The translations under genes and the position numbers were made by a program. A stretch of DNA of 64,000 bases from Nitrosopumilus sp. (GTDB taxonomy: Archaea > Thermoproteota > Nitrososphaeria > Nitrososphaerales > Nitrosopumilaceae). The notes beneath the pieces were generated by a model. It saw only the letters and a list, made by a program, of their open reading frames with translations, searched no databases and had not been told where the DNA came from. The stretch is from positions 1,152,001-1,216,000 of the forward strand of contig CBDBLO010000002.1 in assembly GCA_965207075.1 (NCBI GenBank). Reading direction: 5' to 3'. Position 1 is the stretch's first letter, and the number at the start of each line of letters is the position of its first letter. This document shows positions 10,239 to 21,334 of the stretch, in pieces.

Positions 10239-11726
10239 CTACCGCACGGATACAAGCCAGTCCTTTATCAAGCGCGTGGCTTTGCAGTCGTCCTCGTTGT
10301 AGTCGATCACCATCTGCATGCCCTCGCGGTTTGCCTCTGGGTCGTCGGCATACATCAGGTACATGTCGATTGCCGACGTGGCGCCCACGTCTCCGCCGTG
10401 CCGCCACTCAAAGCCGAGCCACTTTGCTATGTCCTTTATGCCGTTGGTATATGTCGGAAATGCAAACGCCCCGGTGGCGACCTTGTGCAGATCCAGCATC
10501 ACGTCAGGTTCGAGCAGGCGGAGGTGCGACTCCATGCCGTGCTTCTCCATCAGGGAGCGCATGTGGGAACGCTCGTAGCTGTGCCAGTGGTATATCACAT
10601 AATCCGACTGCGAGTCCATGAAGTCAAGGAACTCCTTCAGCATGACATCTTCGCGTCTTCTCTCAGCGACAAACGAGTGGTATTTTTCTGAGCCGTCCTT
10701 CCGGACCAGCGCGCCTATCAGGTAGTCATTCAGCGTGTCGTCGAACACGACGTTAAGACCCTCCAAGTCGAGGAATATCTCAGTGGATCTCTCCGGCAAT
10801 ACAATGCCGCCCCCTACCTTCCGGACTGCCTTGCCGCCGCTTATGGCGCGGGCCGCATCCAGGTAATCAACTGACTTCTTCTGCCCCACGCCCCTGACCT
10901 TCTGCAGTGGGGCTGGCGATTCCATCGACGCGACGCTCCGCACCGTGCCGAACCCCGCCTCCACCATCCTGTCACGCATGCTCGCGCCTATGCCGGGTAT
11001 GAGCGACACGTCGTCGTTCTGTACGGCGGTCTCGTTGCAGAAATTGACCCACGGCGCCCCGCAGCCCCCGCGGACAGCGGGCGGCACAAGTTCGCCCCGT
11101 ATGATGCGCCCCGCCTGCTCCACGCACTCCGTCAGCACCCCCTCGTACTCGGCATACCGGTATTCCTTCGTGGACTGGTTCCCGTCCGTGATGCGGAAGC
11201 ATTCCGGCATGCGCCTCTGTATGTGTCCCAGCATCAGGGCGTAGAACGCGGCCTGCAGGATGTGCGGCTTCTTGATGTTTCTCGTCAGTTTGATCTCCCT
11301 GGCGACGTAGTGGTGGCCGCCTAACGCTGACCCGCCATCCTGCTTCTCAAGTATGTCGGGCTTTCCCATCATGCCCTCCGGAAGCCAGAACAGCGGGGGT
11401 TCTGCCAGTGCGCCGATGCCGCCGGCCATGGACCGGAGGGCCGTCATGAAGCCCTCTTCCAGCGTCTCGTAGCGCAATGGCTCCGTACCGGGATAGTCCG
11501 ATTCCAGAACGTCCGACTCGTGCTCCCTGCCCTTTGCGGAAAGCGCCTCGAGAAATGGGTCCGGCGGATCCTTCTTGGCGGGGTCCACATGGTACTTGCA
11601 GTACAATGAGAACGGCTCCTCACGGGCCGCGCCTGCCTCGGCTGCGGAAATGCGGAAACCCGTTTCATCCTTCATGCAGGCGTTGTAGATGTCCTGCACG
11701 TCCACCGTCCCGTCAAGATTGTGCAC
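10239..11726 (-). CDS. TM0106-family RecB-like nuclease
   Basis: GKPDIL..EIK..Q.AFY nuclease motif, HhH (IPGIG, VRGVG) and RNase H-like C-terminus (FLDLEG, HWHSYE, YNEDDC). Confidence 0.88.
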   Translation of the reverse strand: MHNLDGTVDVQDIYNACMKDETGFRISAAEAGAAREEPFSLYCKYHVDPAKKDPPDPFLEALSAKGREHESDVLESDYPGTEPLRYETLEEGFMTALRSMAGGIGALAEPPLFWLPEGMMGKPDILEKQDGGSALGGHHYVAREIKLTRNIKKPHILQAAFYALMLGHIQRRMPECFRITDGNQSTKEYRYAEYEGVLTECVEQAGRIIRGELVPPAVRGGCGAPWVNFCNETAVQNDDVSLIPGIGASMRDRMVEAGFGTVRSVASMESPAPLQKVRGVGQKKSVDYLDAARAISGGKAVRKVGGGIVLPERSTEIFLDLEGLNVVFDDTLNDYLIGALVRKDGSEKYHSFVAERRREDVMLKEFLDFMDSQSDYVIYHWHSYERSHMRSLMEKHGMESHLRLLEPDVMLDLHKVATGAFAFPTYTNGIKDIAKWLGFEWRHGGDVGATSAIDMYLMYADDPEANREGMQMVIDYNEDDCKATRLIKDWLVSVR

Positions 11727-12598
11727 CAGTTACCGGCTGCATGGTCGTATAAAAACAAACATGACATGCCTCGCCCCAATACTGCCCCTTGGGATGATGG
11801 GGGTGGGTCGGCCCACTGCGACGGCAGTGAGACTCGCCTTCCCTGCCATACGCGCCGGCGGACCGCACAAAAGACATGCTGTGGCACAGGAATGATCCAT
11901 CACAGACAGACATCCGTCGGTAAAATGACGGCTCCCTGTCCCCCCTTGTTAGGGAATCTGCCACAAGTCAAGCATGAGCGAAGCAGTGGAACATACGGTC
12001 CCCACGACCGTGGCGACCGCCAGCCACGCCCACCGTTTTTTGATCCATCCCATTATGGGACCCGTCTCATATCCTACGACGGCGACGTCCGTCATGGGTA
12101 TTGTCGTTGATATGCACTTGTTGCAACGGTATGAGGACAAAAATTGCTCCTCCCTCAGCTTGGTCTGCCCGCAGTTCTTGCAGTGGTTCAGCCTGCAGTA
12201 TTTGACGCCCTCCGGGTACTTCCTGCCGCATAGGGAGCATGCATAGTACAATTTGAACGGCCACACCCATCGTTGCAAATTAAACGTGCTGATCGCTCCG
12301 GCGGTTCTTCCCGGGTCATACGGGAGCGCGCCTGCCTATCGACATCTGTCGAGAGCAGGCAGCCTGAAAGACATGACGGCACTGGGGCCATTTTGTCCGT
12401 TCAAGTCTCACACGTCAGCCCACAGTCACTCTAGGCTGAAAGCGAAAATTCGGCCGTCCCCGGGGGGACGTCCAGGAGCGGGTCCAAGCATGAGGAACGC
12501 CTTTCCCACCCCGTTATGCGTGTGGGTGGCACATAAAAACAAAAATGTTTAGGTAACACCACCCCTGCATCACGTGCAGCTGGCCCACGACGCACGTT

Positions 12599-15547
12599 TC
12601 AGGCCGCCGCGTCAGTCCTGCCAAACTGCGGCTCCGCTACAATCTGCCTGTATAGCCAGCCTATGTCGTCATCTTTGACGCCGAGTATCTTCATGATGCC
12701 GCGATCAATTTTCTGACGCACTGGATCCTCATCAAGACGGTTTACCATGAGCAGTTCGTCGTCACATGTCTCGTCAAACAGTCTGTCAAACTCGATGATC
12801 TGTCTTTTTGACAGCCTGTCAAAATCAAGCACCGGCAGGGTGCGAAACACATTCACGCCCATCCTGCCTCTGCCTAGCTGCTGCTCTCCAGAATACATCC
12901 GGTATGTTAGTACGCCGAACACTGAGTTAAACCACACAACAAACGCCTTCTCGTATGCGGGATTACTCAGTATGACGTTCGTCCATGCGCTGCCCCCCAC
13001 GTGTTTTTTCCTAGTATATGCAGCCACAAGTCGCTGGGATGTATACCTGAGTTGGGCGTTCAGGTACACATGGGTTGCCGTATCAAGCACACTCTGTACA
13101 TGTTCAGGTGTCGCGTCATGTTTCTTTTCAAGGGTTAGGTTTGGTCTCACTACCATGCAACGTTGAGTAGTGCTGTCATTTGACCAAAGCGCCTTGTACT
13201 TGGACGCGTTACGCAGTAATACCTTGTTGAACGGACCGCGTGGAGTCCCATCTGCCTTGGAACCCCATATGTCGAGATGGTGTTTCCCCACAGATGCCTG
13301 CTCGGTAAGTGTCGAGATTGGAATGCCATCGATGCGGCCGTGCGTCATGTTGTACAGGTATGACAGAAGCCTCGTGTCGTATACGCGCCCGACCCACCAT
13401 CTCGCGCCTTCCGCGGGGCAGTCAAGCATCTTACCAATTACCGACTCCCCGAGCCTGACTGACGTGTCGCCCATGTCGATCTCCAGCGAGTTGGGCGTGG
13501 TATCCCGTATGGCCCTTGCGGCCTCCAGTGCCTCCAGGTTCGTGTGGGGCAGCCTGTCAAGCAATACCAGTTTGATACGCGCAACGGTGTCCTTTGCAGG
13601 TATCTTCCTAGCGGCCGGCATCTTGCGGCCTATCAAGAGCACTTCGTTCATCGAGGTGTCCGATGAATAGGTTCTCATGCCTGATGTCCCACTCCCTGCA
13701 CCAACAGTATTGACGGCGCCTCCTTCATTGCGTGGTTTCAGTCCTGCGTCAGTGACTTCCTCCGCGTTGGCGTCCGCAGAACTACTGACAAACACGACCA
13801 TCAGGTCCTCGTAGTACCTGCTCAACAGCGCCCGGACGTCCTTCCAAGAGTCACCGGCAGTCACGGTCGCGGGCAGGATGATTCCAAACGTACCGCCCGC
13901 CTTCAGTGTGCGGTTCGTGATGGCCATAAAGTACGACCCCAGTCCAGCGTTGCCGTGCGCGCAAGTGCTGTTGAATATCTCCTTGTTATGCCTTCCCATC
14001 TTCAGCTGCATGTCCGGGAGTATGCCAAACACGGCAAACGGCGGCACGGGGTCGGCGCGCCCACCGCCGTGGTTCGTGGCGCGAACGTACGGCGGGTTCA
14101 TAAGCACGTGATCGCACGACCCGTCGTTTATGGTGGCCTCCCTCGTCGAGCCGAGTCCCCGTCTGCCGCCGTGCCTGTATCCTGCTACCGTGAACTTTGC
14201 GTTGCTGCGTATGAGATCAAGCGAGCCCAAGTCGGGCTCGTCTCTACCTCCCCGCTTCTCCTTCTTCTCGCCTATGGGCATCTGGTATATCCTCATGTCA
14301 TCGCAGTTGGCCTGCGGGAGCAGTCCCGACAGGTTGGACGCCGTGAGGTGTGTTGCCGTGGGTAGTATGTCGAAGCCGTACACGGACTCCTCGAGCATGT
14401 GCTTGTGCGTCAGGTGATCGTACTTGCCTGACGTACTGTTCATGACATGCCTCACGGCGGCGGTCAGCAGCATGCCCGTCCCACACGCAAAGTCCGCGAT
14501 GCGAATGGACTCCAGATTCTCGGGCTCGCGCCACAGGGGATCATCGGCGCCCGGCATGACGAGCCCGGCAAGCAACGTGGCTGCCTCCGGCCTCGTGTAG
14601 AACGCGGCCGCCCTCTTGCGGTCCGAACCGAGCATGTTCTGGTATAGCGCGCCATACACGTCTCCTGACTTCGACACGCCGAGCGCCGTTATCTGCGAGA
14701 CGGACCTCTGCATCTCGTCAAGCACCCTGGCGGCGGTCGCCGCCGGCAGTATCTGCAGTATGGAGACGGCGTTGTCAAATATCGGCGCATAGTCTATGTC
14801 CAGTATCTTCTCCCACGCCTCAATGACTGTGGATTGGTCGAGTACGATGCTCTTGAGCTTCTGCAGCGGCTGCACGTCGTCCTGCCTGTGCCTTGCAAGC
14901 TCCTCGTGGAACACTCCGGCATTCAGTACGATGAGCGCGGCCATGTCTAGGCTTTGCTCGTGTGTGGAATTGGGCTGTCCGATAAACCCAACTATCTCCT
15001 CCCGCGCCCCGCCTTCCAGTTCAGTCTGCAGCATGTATGATATTCTTGAGATGCTGGCCTGCATGAGTTTTATGCACTTGTTTATCTTCTCGGTAGGTAC
15101 GGACACCTGCCTCACGGCAGTCATGACGTCGTGCAGAGATCCCGTAAGGTTTTCCTTCGCGGGAAAGCGCCTGGTACCCTCTGATGACGACCGCGTGCCG
15201 TCGTACACGACGTAATATTCCAGCTCCGTGTCGTACTCGTCAATCTCCTCCAAGCCCTTGGGCAGCACGACGCCCATTATGGCGTCGGGCCTGCCCATCC
15301 CCTCGAGTTGCACTCCCAGCCTGCTTTCCACGTCTCCGTCGAGGCTGGACGCGGGTTTGAACTCGGTCTCTATGATTACTACTCCACCGTCATCAGTCCT
15401 CACGATTACGTCTGGAGCCCGCCCGCTTTTCCCGACTACCGTCTGCGTGTTCTGGGCGACCACGTGCCAGGCGGGGTTCCTGGCGCGCAACATGTCGCGT
15501 ATCTGGAAGTTTATGTCAGTCTCGGGAACCCTTCCTGCGCCATGCAT
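12599..15547 (-). CDS. Type IIG-like fused restriction endonuclease / N6-adenine DNA methyltransferase
   Basis: N-terminal PD..E; AFYTRP, IADFACGTG, NPPY; C-terminal target-recognition region. Confidence 0.85.
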   Translation of the reverse strand: MHGAGRVPETDINFQIRDMLRARNPAWHVVAQNTQTVVGKSGRAPDVIVRTDDGGVVIIETEFKPASSLDGDVESRLGVQLEGMGRPDAIMGVVLPKGLEEIDEYDTELEYYVVYDGTRSSSEGTRRFPAKENLTGSLHDVMTAVRQVSVPTEKINKCIKLMQASISRISYMLQTELEGGAREEIVGFIGQPNSTHEQSLDMAALIVLNAGVFHEELARHRQDDVQPLQKLKSIVLDQSTVIEAWEKILDIDYAPIFDNAVSILQILPAATAARVLDEMQRSVSQITALGVSKSGDVYGALYQNMLGSDRKRAAAFYTRPEAATLLAGLVMPGADDPLWREPENLESIRIADFACGTGMLLTAAVRHVMNSTSGKYDHLTHKHMLEESVYGFDILPTATHLTASNLSGLLPQANCDDMRIYQMPIGEKKEKRGGRDEPDLGSLDLIRSNAKFTVAGYRHGGRRGLGSTREATINDGSCDHVLMNPPYVRATNHGGGRADPVPPFAVFGILPDMQLKMGRHNKEIFNSTCAHGNAGLGSYFMAITNRTLKAGGTFGIILPATVTAGDSWKDVRALLSRYYEDLMVVFVSSSADANAEEVTDAGLKPRNEGGAVNTVGAGSGTSGMRTYSSDTSMNEVLLIGRKMPAARKIPAKDTVARIKLVLLDRLPHTNLEALEAARAIRDTTPNSLEIDMGDTSVRLGESVIGKMLDCPAEGARWWVGRVYDTRLLSYLYNMTHGRIDGIPISTLTEQASVGKHHLDIWGSKADGTPRGPFNKVLLRNASKYKALWSNDSTTQRCMVVRPNLTLEKKHDATPEHVQSVLDTATHVYLNAQLRYTSQRLVAAYTRKKHVGGSAWTNVILSNPAYEKAFVVWFNSVFGVLTYRMYSGEQQLGRGRMGVNVFRTLPVLDFDRLSKRQIIEFDRLFDETCDDELLMVNRLDEDPVRQKIDRGIMKILGVKDDDIGWLYRQIVAEPQFGRTDAAA

Positions 15548-15811
15548 GGCGCCTGCTCACGATGTGTGGTTAAAAGCAGCGCCACGTCTGGTAAAGTCCG
15601 AAGCCCGTGAATCCGACAGACATCATGCGTTTTCACACACGCCGCACCTAGAAGCTCCGTTGGTCAGGCAGAGGTCGCACCTGGGCTCGTTGCACCTGCC
15701 GCAGAACTGCGTGTCGCAATCACTGCATATCATCTCGTTGCACGTATCGCACATGTGCACCGTGTCCGATTCCCGGTCGCAGGAGCGGCTTCACGCGGCC
15801 TGACGGTTAGT

Positions 15812-16840
15812 TCAGGACGCGGCATCTGCCTTCTTGGCCGCGTCGCGCGCATGCCTTGCGCACTCCTTTGCGAGCCCGACGCTGTCGGGAACAATCCTGA
15901 CTTTCTTCCCGGCATCCCTGAAATAATAGGTTGACCGGACTACGCGGTCATCTGGAAAGTCGTGCCCCGGGTCAGACAGGAACTCAAAGTCGCCATAGTC
16001 CTTGTTCTTGTACGCTTGAACTATGGCGAACCTGGTGCCGCCAGCGTGGAACGTGCACGTGGCGCCCTTCGCCGATATTTTCCCGGGACATCCCAGTTCG
16101 CCCACCACGTACGAAACCACGTCGTCTATTGCTTTTTTCATCCCCGCATCGTAGTGCCTCATGTAGTAGTCCCACTTGCTGAACGCGCCGCCGCCCTGCC
16201 TTTCCTCGTCCGCGTCAGTATGCACGGCCCGTATTCTTTTTTGGACGTCTTCGCCGCCGCCGTCTCCGCCCTCGTTGCCGTCACTGAAGAACTCCACGCT
16301 GACGCACCTTATCTTGAGCCCGTTCTGGCCAAGGTACGTGCATACGTCGTCCGTTCTCTGATCGATTCCCTCGCCCACGACGTACAGCCTCTGGCCGGGG
16401 TTGAACGTCTGGGGGGCCGCGCCAAACTTGTTTTCCATCGCGGTGCGCAGGTCAGGGTGGCCATCCGGCGTCCTGCCTATCTTGCCGTACTTTTCTTCGT
16501 CCTTGCCGTCATTCTCGGCGAGCCTGCTGTACGCCTCGTTGAGTCCATCACTACTTACGTCCCTCGCCCACACCGCATAACGGAGAATCTGCGACACGAC
16601 ATCTACCTTGGCATCCCTTCTCTTCACCTCGATGACCACGACGTTCCCGTCTCTGTCAATCCCGAGCAGGTCTATTCTTCCCATGATGCCTGTATCGAAC
16701 TGCCTACCCGCGATCATGATGTCCTTTTCGACCACGTCTGGGTGCCTGTGGATAAAGTCCTCGATGTCCTCTTCCAGCGGCATGGGCAGCCTCGCGTACT
16801 CTGTTATTTCTCCGTTGTCGTCGTGCTTGTAGAGTCCCAC
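15812..16840 (-). CDS. NucS/DUF91-like PD-(D/E)XK endonuclease
   Basis: LEEDIEDFI..P, GRIDLLGID.DG..VVIEVKR, QILRY; probable GTG start at 16840. Confidence 0.8.
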   Translation of the reverse strand: MGLYKHDDNGEITEYARLPMPLEEDIEDFIHRHPDVVEKDIMIAGRQFDTGIMGRIDLLGIDRDGNVVVIEVKRRDAKVDVVSQILRYAVWARDVSSDGLNEAYSRLAENDGKDEEKYGKIGRTPDGHPDLRTAMENKFGAAPQTFNPGQRLYVVGEGIDQRTDDVCTYLGQNGLKIRCVSVEFFSDGNEGGDGGGEDVQKRIRAVHTDADEERQGGGAFSKWDYYMRHYDAGMKKAIDDVVSYVVGELGCPGKISAKGATCTFHAGGTRFAIVQAYKNKDYGDFEFLSDPGHDFPDDRVVRSTYYFRDAGKKVRIVPDSVGLAKECARHARDAAKKADAAS

Positions 16841-16921
16841 GGCTGGATGGTGCCGCACGGATGCTATTAGTCTTGGGCTCCTCGAATACTTTCCTTTTAA
16901 CCGGACTCGTTCATACGCGAC

Positions 16922-17041
16922 ATGAACTGCAAGTCCTGCGGCAGGGAACTGCGCGACGGCCCGGAGCGCATGGTCAACGTGCTGACCGGGAAGCCTGTGC
17001 CGTTCTGCAACGAACTGTGCAGCGAGGCGTACCACGGGTAG
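16922..17041 (+). CDS. Small TRASH-like metal-binding protein
   Basis: MNCKSCGREL...FCNELCSEAY; TTTTAA upstream. Confidence 0.6.
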   Translation: MNCKSCGRELRDGPERMVNVLTGKPVPFCNELCSEAYHG

Positions 17042-17098
17042 TCCCGGGCGCCCCTGGACGGGCGACATGATTTTAAGACGCACCGCGTTGTACCTAGT

Positions 17099-17381
17099 GA
17101 TGCCGGCAGACGACAGCAGCGACTCGCCGACCAGTGAGGATTTTCGTAGACATCTGGAGGCGGTCATAGACGACGCCCGGAGCAAGGGCATGTCCTCCGT
17201 GACCGTGCAGGCCGGCGAGTTTCACAGGATGGTGGGGGGTTATACTAACAGGGGCAACCACAGGATGCGCGCATGCTGCCGCGTGATGAAGGGCAGGATG
17301 CGGGAGGGCGACCGGATACTGTTAAGCCCGCAGAGCGGGTACGGGGCGTCCCTGCTCATACTCTACATGCTGGAGGGGTAG
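17099..17381 (+). CDS. Conserved small hypothetical protein (GELHR..GGYP..NHRM..CC type)
   Basis: AGEFHRMVGGY..NHRMRACC.VM...GD.I..SP.SG.GASL.I.Y. Confidence 0.7.
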
Positions 17382-17420
17382 ACATGCCGGCAGCTGCACG
17401 GGTGTTGAGCGGAATGTGTG

Positions 17421-17488
17421 CTTCAATCTCAATGATACTTCGATCCAGATGATACTTCAATCCAGATTGAACTTCAATCCGGATTTAA
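17421..17488. repeat. Four tandem 17-bp iteron-like repeats
   Basis: cttcaatctcaatgata / cttcgatccagatgata / cttcaatccagattgaa / cttcaatccggatttaa. Confidence 0.8.
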
Positions 17489-17989
17489 TGTGCTGTTCCT
17501 GCCGGCGGGGCCGGGCTGGGCGCGCCATAACGTCCTGAGTTTCTCATGAAACGCGTAATCAGCATTCGTGGCGGCCCTTTCGGCCATGTCGGCGGCGTCC
17601 TCTATGGCAAAATGCATGGCAACTTTGGCATATTCGGCCTCTTTGGCGGCGGCCTCGGCGGCCCTTGCGGCGGCCCTTGCCGTCTCTTCGGTCTCGGCAA
17701 CCTCTACTGCGACCTCGGCGTCCTCGGCGGCCTTTGCGGCCCTTGCTGCCAGCGCGGCGGCCCCGGCGGCCACCACGGGGGCCCCGGCGGCCCTTACGGC
17801 TCCCCTTACGGACTCTATGGAGGCGCTTGCAGCCTTTATGTCGTCGTCGGCATGCTTGAAGTCCATGAAGTCCCTTGCGATCTTTACGGCGGTCCTTATG
17901 GCCTCTTCAGTCCCGGCGTCCCTGCCGGCCGCTACGGTGGGTTCTCCGGCTGCGACAGTCCTTGCGGCCCCGATAGCGTCATGTGTCAT
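17474..17989 (-). CDS. Ala-rich helical hypothetical protein
   Basis: Low-complexity AxxAA ORF with TTTAT upstream. Confidence 0.5.
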   Translation of the reverse strand: MTHDAIGAARTVAAGEPTVAAGRDAGTEEAIRTAVKIARDFMDFKHADDDIKAASASIESVRGAVRAAGAPVVAAGAAALAARAAKAAEDAEVAVEVAETEETARAAARAAEAAAKEAEYAKVAMHFAIEDAADMAERAATNADYAFHEKLRTLWRAQPGPAGRNSTLNPD

Positions 17990-18156
17990 GCCCGTGGTTA
18001 GCCTGGTCGGGATAAAACATTTTTTGGTACTCGCTCCAGTCCCGCCCGATCTGCCGCCGGAGGATCAGTCCGTCCCGCCGTAGTGCTCTAACGCGGCGCC
18101 CCACCGGCAACAAATCCCGACGGATCCCTTATACCATCTCACACGAGACGTGTCTT

Positions 18157-18630
18157 GTGGACAAGAACAGTCTAGGCGCTGTCCTCATGCTCGACACGAA
18201 CATCATCATGGACGTGTGCGACGACGGCGAGTTTGCACAGCACGTCAGGCAGTGCGTCGGGACCGGGCAGCACGAGATCGTAATCAGTTCCAGCGTCATC
18301 AAGGAGCTTGAGCGGCACGGGCTGGGCATGCAGGTCATGCCCGCCATACTGCGTACAAGGCTCGGAATCCAGACGATCACGTACGACGAGGTGTCCGAGG
18401 TGGAGCGCAGGGTGTCAAAACTGCTCGAGAAAAGGCATGATTTGTTGCACCGCGGGGACAGTGAGATCCTGTCGTTTGCCTACGCCCGGGGGTTCGTACT
18501 GGTAACGTGCGACAACGGGCTGACTGCGGTCGCCAGGGACGTGGGCGTCAAATGTATCAACCCCTGTACGAAGGGGAGGCGGGCGAGGAGGCGGCGCAGG
18601 GCAGGGCGGTCAAGTCCACCGCCCGCTTGA
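18157..18630 (+). CDS. PIN-domain ribonuclease
   Basis: LDTNI, VIKEL, GDSEIL, LVTCD. Confidence 0.85.
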   Translation: MDKNSLGAVLMLDTNIIMDVCDDGEFAQHVRQCVGTGQHEIVISSSVIKELERHGLGMQVMPAILRTRLGIQTITYDEVSEVERRVSKLLEKRHDLLHRGDSEILSFAYARGFVLVTCDNGLTAVARDVGVKCINPCTKGRRARRRRRAGRSSPPPA

Positions 18631-19173
18631 CGGATTATGCACCCCATGTCTGAAACTCAGCGAGCTTTGACAGACGGCGCACACAAAACCAAGATATACA
18701 CGCCGCACACCCCACCGAGTCATGAGACTGGTGTTTGGGCTCGGTAGTGTTGCCGTGGCGTTCTTTTTGGGAATGTTCGTCTGTTCAGTTTTTGGACGGC
18801 CGTAGAATCGGGAAGATGTGTACGACTGTACGTAAAGCGGAACTGGATTCGATTGTTGAAACCACGACCTATCTGATGGAGAAATCCCATGGGTCTTTTC
18901 TGTCGGCGCGCCTAAAGCCAAAGTCGCGTTTTTCCTCGCGGCACATGCATCCGTCGCTTTTCCCCGTCCTGTTCTTGCAACCGCCGCAGACCAAGCACGG
19001 GCGCCTGCATGACCTTTGCCCGCAACCCCCACAGAACCTGGCCTCTATTCCGCAACGACGGCACCACATGTTGACCAAGCGGGACAGTACACCACCTGCA
19101 CGGCAGAACAGGCAAAACTTCCAGTCCTTTAACATGAAGATTGTGGTATGGATAGTGTTTAGACCCGTGGAGT

Positions 19174-20166
19174 TTACGACCGGGACTTGTGATACTCGTC
19201 GAGCCAAGCGGCGACCATGTGGGCGAGCCGGCGCCTGTACTTGTGGTTGAGGCGGTTGTATGCCGGGTCCGGCGGGAAGACTTCGGGGCGATCATGTTCC
19301 TCGGCCAGCTTGTACAACATAGTATGCGAATCAAACCCATCAGGCAGTTTACCACCACGGCGCTGCGGATGCGCCAATATGTTCCTGACCGACCGAAGGA
19401 CGTCCAAGGCCGCAAACAGCAAGTGGACATCAACGGAATCCATGTCGCATCCGTCTTGGCTAATTTTTTTCCCAAGCTTTTCAAACCTAGTCTTGGCACC
19501 CATGTCTGACATGCCGCCGGGGATGATCCCGGCGCAGAGCCATTCGAGCTGTTCAAGAATAAAGGTATGCTCGCCACTCAGCGTGAACAAATCATTGCGC
19601 CTCAGCATGTGGGTGTGTAGCATGCAGGTGGCCAGCAGGTAAAAGTCACGGCCTGCACGGTGTGGGGGGTATGCGAAACGTTCGTCTGCCGGCTGTGGTT
19701 CGTTCCATGAATCTGTATCTGTCCTATACCACAGCATGTCCCAGTAGGGAGTTATTGAAAACCAGCCCGTCGAGAAGCCGTCCCCCAGCCACCGCGTGCC
19801 CACCACGGAGCGCAAGATGTACCGGTCAGACAACGTACTGGCGGAATCGGATCCGACCACAATCACGTCGGTGTCGCGTCCGGCCCGGAGCAATTCGGCA
19901 CTGTCTGACAACGGAGCCTCGGTCTGCAGGCAGTGATACCCGAAGCGATCCATGAACGCGACAAGGCGTTGCATCTGTCTGTACGCGGCGCCTGTGGTGT
20001 CGGTCGTGAGGTGCAGGACATTAATGCAGCCCGCCTCGCTTTGCGGATCGAGCCTGTGGATAAACCCGTACATCTTGGACGCAAAACCCGCAAGGTGCCT
20101 GTGGTGCTCCACGTGGTTCAGCACAGGCCCGAACCTCGGTATTCCATCAGTGATCTGCGATACCAT
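19174..20166 (-). CDS. Hypothetical protein, possible C-terminal HEPN-like motif
   Basis: 330-aa ORF; RNILAH matches the Rx4H pattern. Confidence 0.55.
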   Translation of the reverse strand: MVSQITDGIPRFGPVLNHVEHHRHLAGFASKMYGFIHRLDPQSEAGCINVLHLTTDTTGAAYRQMQRLVAFMDRFGYHCLQTEAPLSDSAELLRAGRDTDVIVVGSDSASTLSDRYILRSVVGTRWLGDGFSTGWFSITPYWDMLWYRTDTDSWNEPQPADERFAYPPHRAGRDFYLLATCMLHTHMLRRNDLFTLSGEHTFILEQLEWLCAGIIPGGMSDMGAKTRFEKLGKKISQDGCDMDSVDVHLLFAALDVLRSVRNILAHPQRRGGKLPDGFDSHTMLYKLAEEHDRPEVFPPDPAYNRLNHKYRRRLAHMVAAWLDEYHKSRS

Positions 20167-20219
20167 GCAGTGACGGACTCCGCCCGCATAAAAATGAAAT
20201 AATAAAAAAAGAAGAGGCC

Positions 20220-20912
20220 CTACTGCGGCGACAGTATCTTGGTCTGCGAGTACTCTCCGCCACCCAGGATGGTCGCCCTTACCTCGACCTGGTATTCCTG
20301 GCCGATGCCGAGGCGGACCGCCTTGCCGTCGTTTGTACCCGCGCCCGTAGTGAGGGTGCTGTCCAGTGCGGCGGTAGCCGAGGTTACGGTTGTTGTCGGG
20401 GTCGCACCACCCGGATTGCACCTGTATGCGTTTTGCTCCGGAGTCGTAGTGCTGGACGTGTACCCGCAGTTCTCGTTGGCGTCCGCGATGATCCTCTGGT
20501 TCACCGTGGATGAGACGCCGGAGTTTATGGTGCTGGGGGTGAGCTGCACAACGAAGATCTCATCGGCGTCGTTCAACGTGGCCCCGCTTGCATCACTCGG
20601 GTTGCCATTGAACCTGACGATGATCTGGGCGTTGACGATGTCCGTGTTGCCGGCGTTCTTCACCATGCCCGTGATGTACGACTGCGTGCCGGTGTTCTGG
20701 ATTGCCAGCCGCTTGATCTCCACCGCGTCCAGCACAAGTCCGGTCTGCACGATGTCCGTCGTCGTGGTGGCCAGTATGCCGCCTATCGAGACCACTATTC
20801 CGATGAGAATAATGGTAACGATCATGCCGCTGATGGCCTGCCTCTTCTGTGGTTTGCTGTCTGTAGGAGCCGCCTTGAGGACGGCTGCCTGCTTTGCATT
20901 ATCAGCTGTCAT
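20220..20912 (-). CDS. Archaeal type IV pilin
   Basis: Class III signal peptide KRQA/ISGMIVTIILIGIVVSIGG; VKNAGN. Confidence 0.8.
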   Translation of the reverse strand: MTADNAKQAAVLKAAPTDSKPQKRQAISGMIVTIILIGIVVSIGGILATTTTDIVQTGLVLDAVEIKRLAIQNTGTQSYITGMVKNAGNTDIVNAQIIVRFNGNPSDASGATLNDADEIFVVQLTPSTINSGVSSTVNQRIIADANENCGYTSSTTTPEQNAYRCNPGGATPTTTVTSATAALDSTLTTGAGTNDGKAVRLGIGQEYQVEVRATILGGGEYSQTKILSPQ

Positions 20913-21334
20913 TGCTCGCACCAACATCATATGTATAAAAGGGCAGATTTTTTCGTGATTTTTTCCGATCACTGTGGTACATCCGGCGACCGCTGGTCGC
21001 AGCACCTTATGCTCCACTCTATGGGGCGCTTCCTGCCCCCGGCGACCTCCTCGCGCCACAGTTTGTCAGCCTCCCGCCTGTCCCTGCAGTAGTAGTATTC
21101 AGGCTCTGCCTTGCCCACTTTCAGGGGAATGTCGTCCGCGGTGAAGCGGATGAGCCGCAAGGAGTAGCAGGACGTGGCGTGTATGCGGCTGTGCGTGCGC
21201 TGTTTTTTACGTATGAGTATGAACCCGTCCTCTTCCATGGCGTCGTGCAGCTTCCTGCTCGTGGTCAACCTGCGGGGCAACATATGCACCCGCAGGGGTT
21301 GGATTTAAGGCACTGAATATAAGGCCGCACGTGC

